Positions 42,263 through 56,807 are shown, counted from the first letter of the stretch. The stretch is 64,000 bases of DNA from Octopus vulgaris (GCA_951406725.2 OX597819.1:27528001-27592000), one strand, 5' to 3'. Program-made: numbers and translations. Notes: generated by a model from the letters alone, not told the origin.

Positions 42263-42755
42263 CATGCTAGGATAGGACAGTATTTACACTACAAAATCAA
42301 CACTACAAAAGTATTTACACTACAAAATCAACACTCCTACTTACTGGTATGAACATCATCCCGAGCCAGTCGTTGAAGGTAAAAATGTCACTATCCTCTG
42401 GGATTTTCCAGTCAACACCGACAGAATGATCCAGGCTAATCAACCAGATGTAGTCATTAAAGACAAAGAAGAAAACACTAGTTGACTAATTGATGTAAGT
42501 GTTCCCACTGATAAAAATATATCTGTAAAGGAATTTGATAAATTAAGTAAATATAAGGATCTGGAAATTGAAATACATAAAATGTGGAATCTTAAAACGA
42601 GAAATGTTCCTATTATTGTGGGTACCCTAGGTATGATAAGAAAGGGATGTCAAAAACAACGAGATAATATCCCAGGAGAACCATGTCTCAGAGAAACCCA
42701 AAAGATTGTGTTAACAAATACTGCCAACATCTTTAGAAAAACCTTATCAGTTTAA
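42263..42755 (+). pseudogene. R4/Dong-clade LINE C-terminus (restriction-like endonuclease)
   Basis: HARIGQYLHYKI...WYEHHPEPVVEGKNVTILWDFPVNTDRMIQANQPDVVIKDK...LIDVSVP...KLSKYKDLEIEI...VPIIVGTLG, ending at TAA 42753-55. In-frame TGA at 42483. Absent from the ORF track. Confidence 0.85.
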
Positions 42756-42915
42756 ATTTCTGTATTGTAATACATGAAGATATTTTGCTACTGCCCCTGC
42801 CACTTCACCTCCCCAAGCTTACAGTCATACTGTAATAGCTCTTATCCTTCACTCTCCCTAGGACGCTAGGTGTGTTTCGGCAAGTCATTGTAACAGACAT
42901 GCAGATTAAAAGTAC

Positions 42916-43318
42916 ATACTCTTTTACTCTTTTTCTCTTACTTGTTTCAGTCATTTGACTGCGGCCATGCTGGAGCACCACCTTTAGTCGAGCAAATCGA
43001 CCCCGGGACTTATTCTTTGTAAGCCCAGTACTTATTCTATCGGTCTCTTTTGCCGAACCGCTAAGTGACGGGGACGTAAACACACCAGCATCGGTTGTCA
43101 AGCAATGCTAGAGGGACAAACACAGACACACAAACAAATACATACACATACATATATATATATACATATATACGACAGGCTTCTTTCAGTTTCCGTCTAC
43201 CAAATCCACTCACAAAGCTATAGCAGAAGACACTTGCCCAAGGTGCCACGCAGTGGGACTGAACCCGGAACCATGTGGTCGGTTAGCAAGCTACTTACCA
43301 CACAGCCACTCCTGCGCC
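42916..43318 (-). mobile_element. SINE family A
   Basis: Near full-length reverse-complement match. Confidence 0.9.
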
Positions 43319-43323
43319 TACAT

Positions 43324-43325
<2 letters not shown>

Positions 43326-43400
<75 letters not shown>

Positions 43401-43453
43401 CAACAACAATAAAGCTAATAATAATAATAATAATAACAACAACAACAACAATA
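43326..43453. repeat. (AAT)n/(AAC)n microsatellite
   Basis: Direct reading. Confidence 0.95.
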
Positions 43454-44243
43454 AAGCTATGTGTTGTGAAGGGTTCTTTGGGGTTTGAATAATTCACCTC
43501 TGGAAACATGGGTGTTTCATACAACATAATTAAACAACCCTTATTCAGGGACCTTTTGAGCGGGATGGGTTACTCGACCAGAAGAAAATTTTAACTGGGC
43601 CCCACCTACAAGGTCATGTGCTGTTTATCTTGATATGAGATCACCATGTCGCACACATATGGTTGTGATGCATGTGCCTGGTGTACCCTTATCAGACGGG
43701 TAGTCATGATGGGTATACTGGGCTTCGTACATTTTACCCCAGTGTCACTTTCATGGCATGCACTGCTCTCTCACTCAATAATAATAATTACAACAACAGC
43801 AATAATAATAATAATAATAATAATAATTGATAAATAATGATGATTATGATGATCATCATCAACACGACCATGATCTCTATCTGCGACAGATCATCATACA
43901 TTTAGGAAGAATAACCAATTAACATGCCTCTAGTTTGCATATTTTATATATATACACATGCACACCTACATACATATGTAATGTCCTGTACAAATACTGG
44001 CTGGTTAGTTGGCTGGTTGGCTGGCTGGTTCGTTCGTTCGTTCGTTGGTGTCGTCAGCTACGCTTTACATCGTATAGTTATATTAACTATAGGCTTTACA
44101 TTATAGACTTAACGTGAAACGCAGGGCGAGTACACATGCTAAGCAGGGTGACAGACAATGAACAAGTGAACACAACACACAAAATGAAAGAGAACGAGTT
44201 ATAGAGACAGAGGATAAGGAGGGGGAAGAAGAAGGAAGGGGGC

Positions 44244-44282
<39 letters not shown>

Positions 44283-44586
44283 TGAGAGGGGAGAGCGAGG
44301 AGGAGAGAGAGAGAGAGTGAGTGAGCCTGTAGGGCAAATTCCGTAGTACAAAACTCAACAGTAATTTTATCAAAAGTAGTTTTATTTTTATTTTCTCTTA
44401 TTTTATAAAATTTCATTTCATTTTGAAGTAATAAATATTTGTCTTTTGAAAATTAGCATTCATTTTATCATTTTATATGAGCACCTAGCAATTTGATAAA
44501 CGCTAAATTATACCGCATGCAGAAGAAAGACAAAATGGAATAAACAAGGCAAGACCAGAGAGAAGAGGGGTCACGAGGAACAGTAA

Positions 44587-44629
44587 GTCATTGAAGAGGT
44601 CACAGAGTGTGAGACGAAAGAACTCTGAC
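44587..44629 (+). ncRNA. Hammerhead-like motif (C3 mutated)
   Basis: GTCA-TTGAAGA-G-GTC...GAC-GAAA-GAA-CTC-TGAC. Confidence 0.6.
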
Positions 44630-44803
44630 AAATAAACTAATAATAATAATAAAACTAAAGTGAAGATCAAATAAACAGTGCGTGTGTTTATTGGCACAAA
44701 AAATGACCGTCCCAAATATTACACCATTTGTAATAGTATCCTGCAAAGCAAATGCATAAACATGAATTATGATAATTTTATGTATGTCATATATCGTGAT
44801 ATT

Positions 44804-45192
44804 GGAATGGAAGCCCTCCGTCAGTTACGACGATGAGGGTTCCGGTTGATCGGAATCAACGGAACAGCCTGCTCGTGAAATTAACGTGTAAGTGGCTGAG
44901 CACTCCACAGACACGTGTACCCTTAACGTAGTTCTCGGGGATATTCAGCGTGACACAGAGAGTGACAAGGCCGGCCCTTTGAAATACAGGTACAACAGAA
45001 ACAGGAAGTAAGAGTGAGAGAAAGTTGTGGTGAAAAAGTACAGCAGGGATCACCACCATCCCCTGTCGGAGCCTCGTGGAGCTTTAGGTGTTTTCGCTCA
45101 ATAAACACTCACAACGCCCGGTCTGGGAATCGAAACCGTGATCCTATGACCACGAATCCGCTGCCCTAAACACTGGGCCATTGCGCCTCCAC
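44804..45192 (-). mobile_element. SINE family B, full length with TSD
   Basis: tRNA-like head tggaggcgcaatggcccagtg. 12-bp TSD tatcgtgatatt at 44792-44803 and 45193-45204. Confidence 0.92.
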
Positions 45193-45596
45193 TATCGTGA
45201 TATTATCCGTAGTGTGAAAATAAAACTTCCAAAGTTACCAACCAAAATGGTAATACTCAGTTTCGCACCATTTATGAGAAGACCGAGGGGCTTCCTACTC
45301 ATACGACGGCTAAATACGCTAATGACTTAATGATTAGAGCATTCGTCTCACAATCGTAAGATGGTGAGTTCGATTCTCGGAGGCGATTTGTGTGTCTCTT
45401 GAGCAAGACACTTTATCTCAGGTTACTCCAGTCTACTCAGCTGGCAAAAATGAGTATTACCTGTAATTCAAAGAGCCATGCTTCTCACATTCTGTGTCAC
45501 GCTGAATCTCCTTAATAACTACGTTAATGATACGCGTGTCTGTGGAGTGCTCAGCTACATACACGTTAACTTTACGAGCAGACTGTTCTGTTGCTC

Positions 45597-45808
45597 AAGG
45601 CGGCGAGCTAGCAGAAACGTTAGCGCACCGGGCGAAATGCTTAGCGGTATTTCGTCTGTCTTTACGTTCTGAGTTCAAACTCCACCGAGGTCGACTTTGC
45701 CTTTCATCCTTTCGAGGTCGATAAATTAAGTGTCAGTTGCGTACTGGGATCGATCTAATCGACTCCCCCCCCAAAAAAAATTTCGGGCCTTGTGCCTAGA
45801 GTAGAAAA
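45597..45808 (+). mobile_element. SINE family D nested in a family C SINE (~45320-45870)
   Basis: TSD gactgttctgt(t/a)gctc on both sides. Confidence 0.85.
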
Positions 45809-46328
45809 GACTGTTCTGTAGCTCGGATCGACTGGAACGCTCGTCCACATAACCGATTGATGGCCAGTTTTTATATACTCTAGTATATACAAGTTCACAT
45901 GCTACATTCCAAATGACTTAAGATACAAATAAGGGCTCAATACAGGAATGAGTAGAGTGAATAAAATAATATATGGAAATAAATTTCTAGCAGTTTGTAC
46001 AAGTATTATACGAGATATGCGTCTGTAGCTGGGTGAGCAACAATATGGAGGTTTTCTCTTCAGCTCATAAACACAAACACACACACACGTATCAGGATTG
46101 TCTTGATGGGTCTAAGTATTTATGTTCATGAGCGTCAGTCAGAGTATGTGTGTATGTGCGCGTGCGTGTGTGTGTATGTGTGTGCGTGTCTCTGTGTGTG
46201 TATGTGCATATCTATGTATATCGTTCCAATGCATATCTGTAAATATGTTTGGATTTGTATGTGTGTATGTGTGTGCGTATGCGTGTGTTGTGTGAATGTG
46301 TGTATACGTACATATATGTATATATATA

Positions 46329-46395
<67 letters not shown>

Positions 46396-46963
46396 GGATC
46401 TGATAAGTGGCCATTATCCCCATACCACATCGTATTAAACTGTAGACTTGAAGGCCGAAGAATCGGTTCTACTTTGTCTAGGCGCTGAAATGTCAAACTA
46501 CGGTAGCGTCTGAAAGAAACTTGTTAATCACTACAAATGTCATCCATATGTCAAACGGGTTTGGGAGACACTTCGTGGCTTCCTGGAGCTTAGACCTATC
46601 TATCTTTAGCACTTTTGAATTTCTCTCCACAATCCACCCTCGTATTATATACGTATATTCACAGATTTATATGTGCGTGTATATGTGAGTGTGTGGTATG
46701 TGTGAATACGTAGATACACTAAAGTGCAGAGTATATATATATATATATATATATATTGTGGTTTCGATTCCTGGACCGGGCGACGCGTTGTATTCTGAAG
46801 CAAAACACTTCATTTCACGTTACTCCAGTCCACTCAGCTGGCAAAATTGAGCAACGCTGCGATGGACTGGCGTCCCGTCCAGTTGGGGAACACACACGCC
46901 ATAGAAACCGGGAAACCGGGCCCATGAGCCTGGCTAGGCTTTAAAAGGGCGCATTTATTTTTT

Positions 46964-47029
<66 letters not shown>

Positions 47030-47039
<10 letters not shown>

Positions 47040-47422
47040 AGAGGTTGTGTGCTGTCTGTCTCCTACGATTTAGATTCCTAACTACTCCCACATTTTGCGG
47101 TACAGTTTAACCAAAACCGGGTATCTTATAGTCGTGATTTATATCGAGCCCTTCTGGGTATTAGCGCGTGTCTACGATGAGTCTACGATTAAAAAAAAAA
47201 ATTACCATCAATTTTTCCCATTTTTAATGCACTTTTGGCATATATAAGGGAAGTAACTCTCTAAAAATTTATTATTAAATCTCAGAACGTAAAAAGCTAC
47301 AGTAACACCCCCCCCCCTTTGTGGTTAGCCATATTGAGATGGCTATTATACTTTACATCTCTAAAAATGCTTATATAGTTATTTCCCTTACAAACCCGAG
47401 CAACACCGGGCGATACTGCTAG
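47030..47422 (+). mobile_element. Non-autonomous Helitron
   Basis: 3' hairpin cccgagcaacaccggg then CTAG|T; the 5' end merges into (TA)n. Confidence 0.75.
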
Positions 47423-47554
47423 TATATATATATAAACGTACTGTTAATAAACGTCGAGTGCGTATTGCGTACGATTACACAATAAATTTTAAAATGCATT
47501 GTACATAAACAACGACAGATAAGCAAACGTATACGTATAAGACACGGATGGTTC

Positions 47555-47605
47555 TTAATTCTTCATCAGTTACCAACCAAATTGGTAATACTCAGTTTCG
47601 CACCA
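47555..47605 (-). ncRNA. Candidate type II hammerhead
   Basis: GC-GAAAC-TGA-GTA-TTACCAA-TTTGG-TTGGTAA-CTGATGA-AG. Perfect 7-bp stem I, weak stem II. Confidence 0.55.
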
Positions 47606-48646
47606 TTTATGAGAAGACCGAGGGGCTTCCTGTGCTGGAGTTGCCTGCGAAAGACGAAGAGAATCGGGCCTCAAGCAAACAAAACGACAGAGTAGACATA
47701 CGAAGGTTTTAAAAAATCTAATTTAAGATGATGGACAAAGACGAAACGGAGCAAAATACAGTCTTATGGCCAAACGACAAGGATGGTAGGTAACGCTTAG
47801 AAGAAATCTTGAAGGATATAGACAATAGCAAATAGCAAAACAGAGAAAAAATTTTGCGACCGAATCGCTAGGTGGTTGGTGTGAGAAAGAGAGAGAATGG
47901 AGGGAAACTGGCCACGGGTTACGGTGTCAGCAGCAGGCACAGGAGAAAGGGAAAGAGAGCGAGAGAGAGAGAGAGAGAGAGAGAAGATGGAGGGAAAATA
48001 AGGGAAGAAATGAAGAGATCTGGTTACTATTTCTAGCGCGTTGATTTACTGTTGAAAATATATCAGTAACATCAGTGAATTGCTAAGCAGCCTGCCTATA
48101 AAATTTACTTTTAACATCAATAAGAAGTGACAACGACGACGATGACAACAACAACAACAAAAACAACAACAACAACGGCGACACTAACATCGTCAACACT
48201 AGCAAAACATCAACAACGATAAGAACAACAACAACAACGACAACAACAACCAAAGTAGCAGGAACAGCAGCGGCAACAATAAAGATTATAAGGTTTACTG
48301 CTGCAGAAATAAATGGTGGGAGTAACATTATCAAAAGCGACATAAAATCTGGGTCACCTGACCCTTATTTTTGAGGGAGCCCCTTATTAACTCGCCGCCA
48401 TCCTTATTCAAACAAACAACCGAGAAACCAACAAACAAACCAGCAAGCCAGCCAGCCAGCCGACCTGCAAGGGAACCAATCAAACCGTCTCTTGCCTCAA
48501 CCCCGACCTAAACACCGAGTCTCCCTAATGACAACTTCCGACTCCAATCGTTTTTTGGCTAAAACGGAAAAGATCCGCAGAGACAGACAGACAACATCTG
48601 TAATTGTATGGAACTTTAAAGTAGCAAACACGCACACACACGCACG

Positions 48647-48705
<59 letters not shown>

Positions 48706-48879
48706 ACATGCATATATATACGTATGCATGCATCTACATATGCTATGTGTTTAAACACACACACATATATATATATATGTATATGTGTGTATATATGTAT
48801 GTATATATATATATTTGTGTGAGTACGCATAAATATATATATTACCAGCATACACATGCATACATTCATATATGTTTAT

Positions 48880-49351
<472 letters not shown>

Positions 49352-49355
49352 TATA

Positions 49356-49618
49356 TAAATTAATAAATAAAATATATGCAAACATACATACATACATATA
49401 TGTACGTACCTACATCTACATGTATATATACATGCATATATAAATATATATATGTGAGTACAGGATACCACAAATATATATTTATATATGCATGTACATA
49501 TACATGTAGATGTAGGTACGTACATATATGTATGTGTGTATGCATATATTTTATTTATTAATTTATTGCATGACTGAGCGCCCTCGCGTCGTTTCGTTTC
49601 TTTTCTGTTCTCCAAGTA

Positions 49619-49620
<2 letters not shown>
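49356..49620. mobile_element. Palindromic end fragment of the 51.7-52.7 kb family
   Basis: Arms tacgtacctacatctacatg / catgtagatgtaggtacgta. Confidence 0.75.
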
Positions 49621-49678
<58 letters not shown>

Positions 49679-50058
49679 GTATATGCATATGTATTGAGTG
49701 CGCGTTCGCGCGTGTGTGTGTGCACGAATATCGTTATGGTTCGAAAACAAGAAGCCTATTGTTTGTTTGGTTGAAGTTCCTGTCAGCCACTTCATTTTTT
49801 GCCCGTTTACCATTCTAGTATTTGTAGAGTATAGGCATGTTTGGTACTCATAGAGCATAGAGATGTTGTTGTTGTTGTTGTTGTTTTTCTGACTCTTGTT
49901 AATGGTAGTGGTAGTGGTGGCGGTTGTGGGGAAAAGGCCATTAAGTGCAAAGAGTTAAGTTATGGCTCTCTGCAGTAAAAACTATGAAGGCACGTCTTGA
50001 AAAAAAGCTGTATTGATATAGATTCATTCGCAAACTCCATAAACACGCGCGCACAGGG

Positions 50059-50111
<53 letters not shown>

Positions 50112-50238
50112 CACGCGTGCGAAAGACTGTTACGTGAAACTCGGAATAACATTTTATATATACACTTATAGTATATTATCGTATGCATTATGTATTTATG
50201 TATTAATGTATGTACACATGTTTCTTTGTGTGGGTAGG

Positions 50239-50958
<720 letters not shown>

Positions 50959-51125
50959 TGAATTACAAGCAGCTCGGGGTATATATAAACAAAATTGAAG
51001 ACATATACATAAGGTGTGTGTGTGTGTGTTGTTATTTCGTGGGTCAGCTGCGTTTCAGGCGAAAGAAATTGTATTCTCAACGCATCGGTGTTAAAAACAC
51101 TACAAAGGAAGTCGTAGGCAACCGA

Positions 51126-51180
51126 GGCAACTCTCATCAGGTCGCCTTTCGGAGCGACAAACATTGATGTTTCGTTATTG
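51126..51180 (-). ncRNA. Candidate type II hammerhead
   Basis: TAAC-GAAAC-AT-CA-AT-GTT-T-GTCGC-TCCGAAAG-GCGAC-CTGATGA-GA-GTTG. Confidence 0.5.
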
Positions 51181-51749
51181 TTGTGACTTTTTAATGCTTC
51201 GTACCGAGCAAGGCCTATTGCAAGCTATATCGCCGACTAAGACTATATGTTAAATGGTTTAAAAACCACCTGCTGGCATGTCCCAACGTTTCATACCACG
51301 AGAAAAATTCAAAGCAGAAGCAGCTCGAAAAATCACAGTGTAAAAGCCACAGTGCAAGTCGCTCGATGCTCTAACAATTCTGCCAATTACAGCTGCCCTG
51401 GGCTGATATTTGTTTATCGACCCTGAAAAGGGACCAGTCTCCCGTGTCACTTCGCAGCGTCTCCCTTCCCGATTTCTGGTGCTGAAGAGGAAATAAACAC
51501 TCCTAAGTGCATGCATTTCACAGCCTGGTTAGAGATCGCTGTGGGCTGATTTGATACATTTACAACAATTTTTGAGAAATCTTTTCCATGACACAACACA
51601 GTGAATAGTTTTCTTGCGGGTTCTAATACGTCTCAAGCACATTTGAACAGGTTAAAAGTTTGTGTGTGTGTGTGCGTGCGTTTATCTATTTATTTATTTA
51701 TTTATTCATTTATCTATTTATATATATGTGAATAATGTGTATATATATA

Positions 51750-52678
51750 TATATGCGTGTATATGTACATGTAGAGGTAGGTACGTACATATATGTTTAT
51801 ATATATGCATATATTTTATTTAATTTATTAATATATTATATGACGAAACGCACGCACTCCCTTAAGTAAGATTGTTCTTTATATCAAGTTTTGTTCTTGA
51901 TATTAACTTTGACGCGCACTCTTAACCTTTCTGTCCCATCCCTTTCTCAGCCTTCATTCTTTGATTTCCTTTTCCTCTACTTAACTTGTCTCTTCCTCTC
52001 TCTCATTCTTCACTCTCTCTCTCCCCCTCTCAATTCTTCATGGTTTCCTCGCAGCCATTCCCCTTCTTCTCTCCCTTTCTCTTGCTCCTCCTCCCCCCTT
52101 CCCGTCGTTCACCCGCGACGAGACTTCCGCCGCTGTCTTTCTGGCCTGGCCCTCTCAAGGTAATGGACGACATTCTTTTTGCTCCGCTCGTCGTTCGTAA
52201 AAAATTCCGCGTTCGCAAAACTTTTTTTCGTTCGGCGTTAACAGCCCTTCTTATCTTGTTTTTCCTTGTCCTGTATTTTACTGTTTATAACTTGTACTGT
52301 CATTACTGTCCTGTTTTTGTTACCATTTTTTACTCCTCTGTGAAAAGATCTCAGAATTTAATTGATTTGCTTTTCGCAGGAAGGAAAGTTTCTTGTCGAA
52401 GATACGTCTCGCTTTTATCCTTCGAAACGTAGAGTAGATGAAACCATAGCGACTGAAGAAGGGTTTTTTCTTTGTGTTAATTGTCCTGTACTCTATTTTT
52501 TTGTTGTTTTTAAAAAATGTCCAGTTCCTTTGGTTTGTGTCTATGTTTTCGTTTCTCATTGTGTTCGACGTCCTTTTGGTGTCCTGTACTCATATATGCG
52601 TGTATATGTACATGTAGAGGTAGGTACGTACATATATGTTTATATATATGCATATGTTTTATTTTATTTATTAATATA
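51750..52678 (+). mobile_element. ~840-bp non-coding element with ~85-bp direct terminal redundancy
   Basis: atatgcgtgtatatgtacatgtagaggtaggtacgtac... at 51750-51835 and 52593-52678. GAAACGTA and CTGAAGA at 52424-52459. Confidence 0.75.
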
Positions 52679-52700
52679 TATATATATATATATATATGTG

Positions 52701-54001
52701 CAGGGTGCTGTGAATAAACTGTTGTCTAAATTATACAAAAATGAAAATAACACTGACATCTCATTTTAACAGATATATTTTCCAAAATTACATAAAGATA
52801 TCTTGAAATACTAAAGAATAAAGGTATTCAATAAAATCATCATTGGCTTCAACCACACCCACCAGACGACTTTGGAATCTCCTGCGACTTTTCTGGGTGG
52901 TCTCCTTGTTTAAGTTGGTGAATGCTTCCATGATCCTTGCTTTCAGTTCATCTTTGGTGTTACAAGGAGTTTTGTTTGTCTCTCGCTCAATAGCGTCCCA
53001 AGTATAGATATAGATAGATATATCTATCTACCTATATCAATATTTATATCTCACCCCACACATAATAATCAACGGGGTTGTAGTCTGGGGAGTTAGGTGA
53101 CCAGATGTTAGGAGTGATGTCGTTGCAGAAATTGGTGCAGAGTGCTGTTGCCAGGCATAGGGTTTTCCAGCAGCCACCCTCTTGATCCAGGGCAGCACTA
53201 CCTCCTCCAAGCACTTGATGTAGGCCTCCGTGTTGAGTCTGAAGCCGTATGGAAAGATGAATGGAGGCATAACCTCACCATCACTAGTGATCACTCCAAA
53301 CACCATGATGTTGACTGGATGTTTGATTTTTATCACTCTTAGTACATGTTTTGGGCACACAGCAAGTCAACAGTTGTTCTGTGTGTTCATCATCTGATCC
53401 TGGCAGAAATTTTTCTCGTCTAAGAAATACCAAAGCATATTTGGTTGGAGAGGATTCTTGAGTTTGTTCCAAAAGCTTCGTAGCGCGGTCTTTCCCCTTG
53501 TCCTTGATGGCTTGGGATAAAAATTGGCCCTTTCTCATCTTGTATGAGGAATACCGAATGTCTTCATGCACTGCCGAAAGTCTACCTGCCTTATAAGAAA
53601 CTCAGACACTCTCATGTACCTGGCAATCGACCTCACTGACTTGGAGAGGATCGTTGTCAATCATGGCCTAGATCTCACCAACAAATTCAGAAGTTCATTT
53701 CTTGCCAGAACGATCAGAGTGAGATTTACGAGCTGCCGCACCTTCGTAATCACCATTAGACTCATCCAACTCCTTCCGAATCATCACCACTGTCCTCAGA
53801 GTGACATCCAATCGCTCTGAACTGTTGGAAATTGATCTTCCAGTGCGAATGCCAAGCAGTATAGCATGTCTTTTCCAAATTTCTCGCAGAGAGTGCCCAA
53901 CTGACCCTACGATTCTGTGTAGTCGACAAAATCAAAAACAAACAATGCGCATGTGCTAAATTCAAGATATGAAATGGCGACTATTTACCCATCACACTCT
54001 G
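52701..54001 (-). mobile_element. Tc1/mariner superfamily element, maT (DD37D)-like, decayed but near full length
   Basis: Degenerate TIRs cagggtg.../...cactctg. Peptides KHPVNIMVFGVITSDG, EEVVLPWI, WQQHSAP, NSPDYNPVDYYVWG, AIERETNKTP. Confidence 0.85.
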
Positions 54002-54257
54002 GGCCATGCTGGAGTACCGCATTTAGTCGAACAAATCGACCCCAGGATTTATTCTTTGTAAGTCCAGTACTTATTCTATCCGTCTGTTTTTCTGAGCCAC
54101 TAAGTTACGGGGGCGTAAGCACACAGTGATCGGTTGGTCAAGCGATGTTGGGTAACCAACACAGACATACACATACATACATACACACATACATACATAC
54201 ATACATACATACATACATACATACATACATACATGCATTCATACATACATGCATTTA

Positions 54258-54334
<77 letters not shown>

Positions 54335-54480
54335 GACGAGCTTCTTTTAGTTTCCGTCCAACAAATCCACTCACAAGAATTTGGTCAGCCCGAGGCTATA
54401 GTAGAAGACACTTGCCACATAGTGGGACTGAACCCGGACCATGTGGTTGGGAAGCAAACTTCTTACCACTCAGCCACGAC
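54002..54480 (-). mobile_element. SINE family A
   Basis: Reverse-complement match with an expanded internal microsatellite. Confidence 0.8.
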
Positions 54481-54923
54481 TGCGGTTATATATATATGTG
54501 TGAGTGTATGGGTGTGTGGGTGTATGTGTGTGTCTGACTATGGTCCTCCCGTATCACTTACATAGCCTTACCTGCCAACACCTCTTAAATATATATATAT
54601 ATATATAATCACACACACACACACACACACACATACATGTACATATACATATGTACACGCACAGAAATGTTTTACTACAAACTAGCAAGGAGTACTAAAA
54701 TTGAATTTTAAAAATTGTTACAAAAGGAAACAAAATTTTAATCAAAATGTCCAAGGGACCTCTGAATCACCCAAAATGTATGCATACACATACATACAGA
54801 TAATGCACGCCCCTATTTATGTATATAGTATATATCCGACAGAGTTTCCGCATAGTTTCTGCACACGTAATTTCTGACAGATATAGAAGGCCTTTGTGTA
54901 TGTGTAAATATATATATATATTT

Positions 54924-55007
<84 letters not shown>

Positions 55008-55014
55008 TTATATG

Positions 55015-55056
<42 letters not shown>

Positions 55057-55057
55057 T

Positions 55058-55185
<128 letters not shown>

Positions 55186-55226
55186 ATAAAAGGGTAAATT
55201 TTTCATAGCACTTTTCCGATGGCCGA

Positions 55227-55285
55227 ATAACTGAAGAGATGGCGGCGTGGATTTCCACCTCGGCATCCGAAACTCGGAGTTTTAT
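55227..55285 (+). ncRNA. Type I hammerhead ribozyme
   Basis: ATAA-CTGAAGA-GATG...CATC-C-GAAAC-TCGGA-GTT-TTAT, inside a ~140-bp insert between long (TA)n tracts. Confidence 0.68.
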
Positions 55286-55321
55286 CATGGCTACCGAATA
55301 ATTGTCTCATATTACATTTAC

Positions 55322-55405
<84 letters not shown>

Positions 55406-55593
55406 GGCCAAGATGCTCTGAAGGAAACGGTGGCAGTGTTAGTGACAAGGATGGGAGAATTGAAGGCTGTTGTTGTGTTGGTGGCGGTGGCGGTGCTGGT
55501 GGGAGTGTGGTTGGAGTGGTTATGATGTTCGGAGTGTGGTAAGGTAATTGTAGTGACACCGGTAGTGCTAGGTTATATTGTAATTGATAGACC

Positions 55594-55694
<101 letters not shown>

Positions 55695-55963
55695 GCAGTA
55701 TAACGTATATTATCAAGTCTCTATGTGTGACTAGGCTGATATGCTCCCAAACATGCACGCACGGACACACGGACGCACAGGCACACACACACACAGACAC
55801 ATATACACACCTAGGGACAGGTGCACACCTGATTAGGCACACGCACTTAAAAAGTGTTGACTGAATTTTGTTCCTTGATGCGTGTTTCACATTTTCTCCT
55901 CATGCGTATAACGTGTCTGAATGTCAGTGCATGTTGAGTGCCGTATACATACATACATACACA

Positions 55964-56008
<45 letters not shown>

Positions 56009-56170
56009 ATACACACATGGATATGAACGTAAAACTATGGACATTTACACACGCACATATTATCTATTTGTCTGTATATATTTGTTTGTGTGTATGTGTG
56101 TGGGCGTGTGTCTGTGCGTATCAGTGCTTATATGTATGTGAGTGTGTGTATGTATGTAGGTATGTGTGTG

Positions 56171-56224
<54 letters not shown>

Positions 56225-56480
56225 TTATATGATCGAACGCCACGCATCCTTTTCCAAGTAAGTTTTATATATGTATGTGTTTGTGAAGTTTGTGTGTGTG
56301 CGAGAGAGAGAAACCCTACGGTGTTGTAAACATGTAAGGAAGAAAGAGTTTGGTAACTTGATTAAAGGTTCCCTCTTCAAAACAGGTGATCCACTTGTCT
56401 GACTGCGTATGAATACTTCTACGCCGCCTTTACCTACATACGTACATACATACATGCGTATATTTCTGTGTATCCTATAT

Positions 56481-56512
<32 letters not shown>

Positions 56513-56514
56513 GT

Positions 56515-56593
<79 letters not shown>

Positions 56594-56764
56594 TATCTAT
56601 ATAAACATATATATATATATATATACATATATCTATATATACATATATCTATATATATATATACATATATCTATATATATATATCTATAAGGGTAAGATA
56701 CATATATATCTATATCTATATATCTATATATATATACATATATATCTATATATATACATATATA

Positions 56765-56807
<43 letters not shown>

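Noticed and set aside
44856-45059. Identical 67-aa ORF here and at 58876-59079
   Set aside because: Both lie inside SINE family B copies; the identity reflects the repeat, not coding selection.
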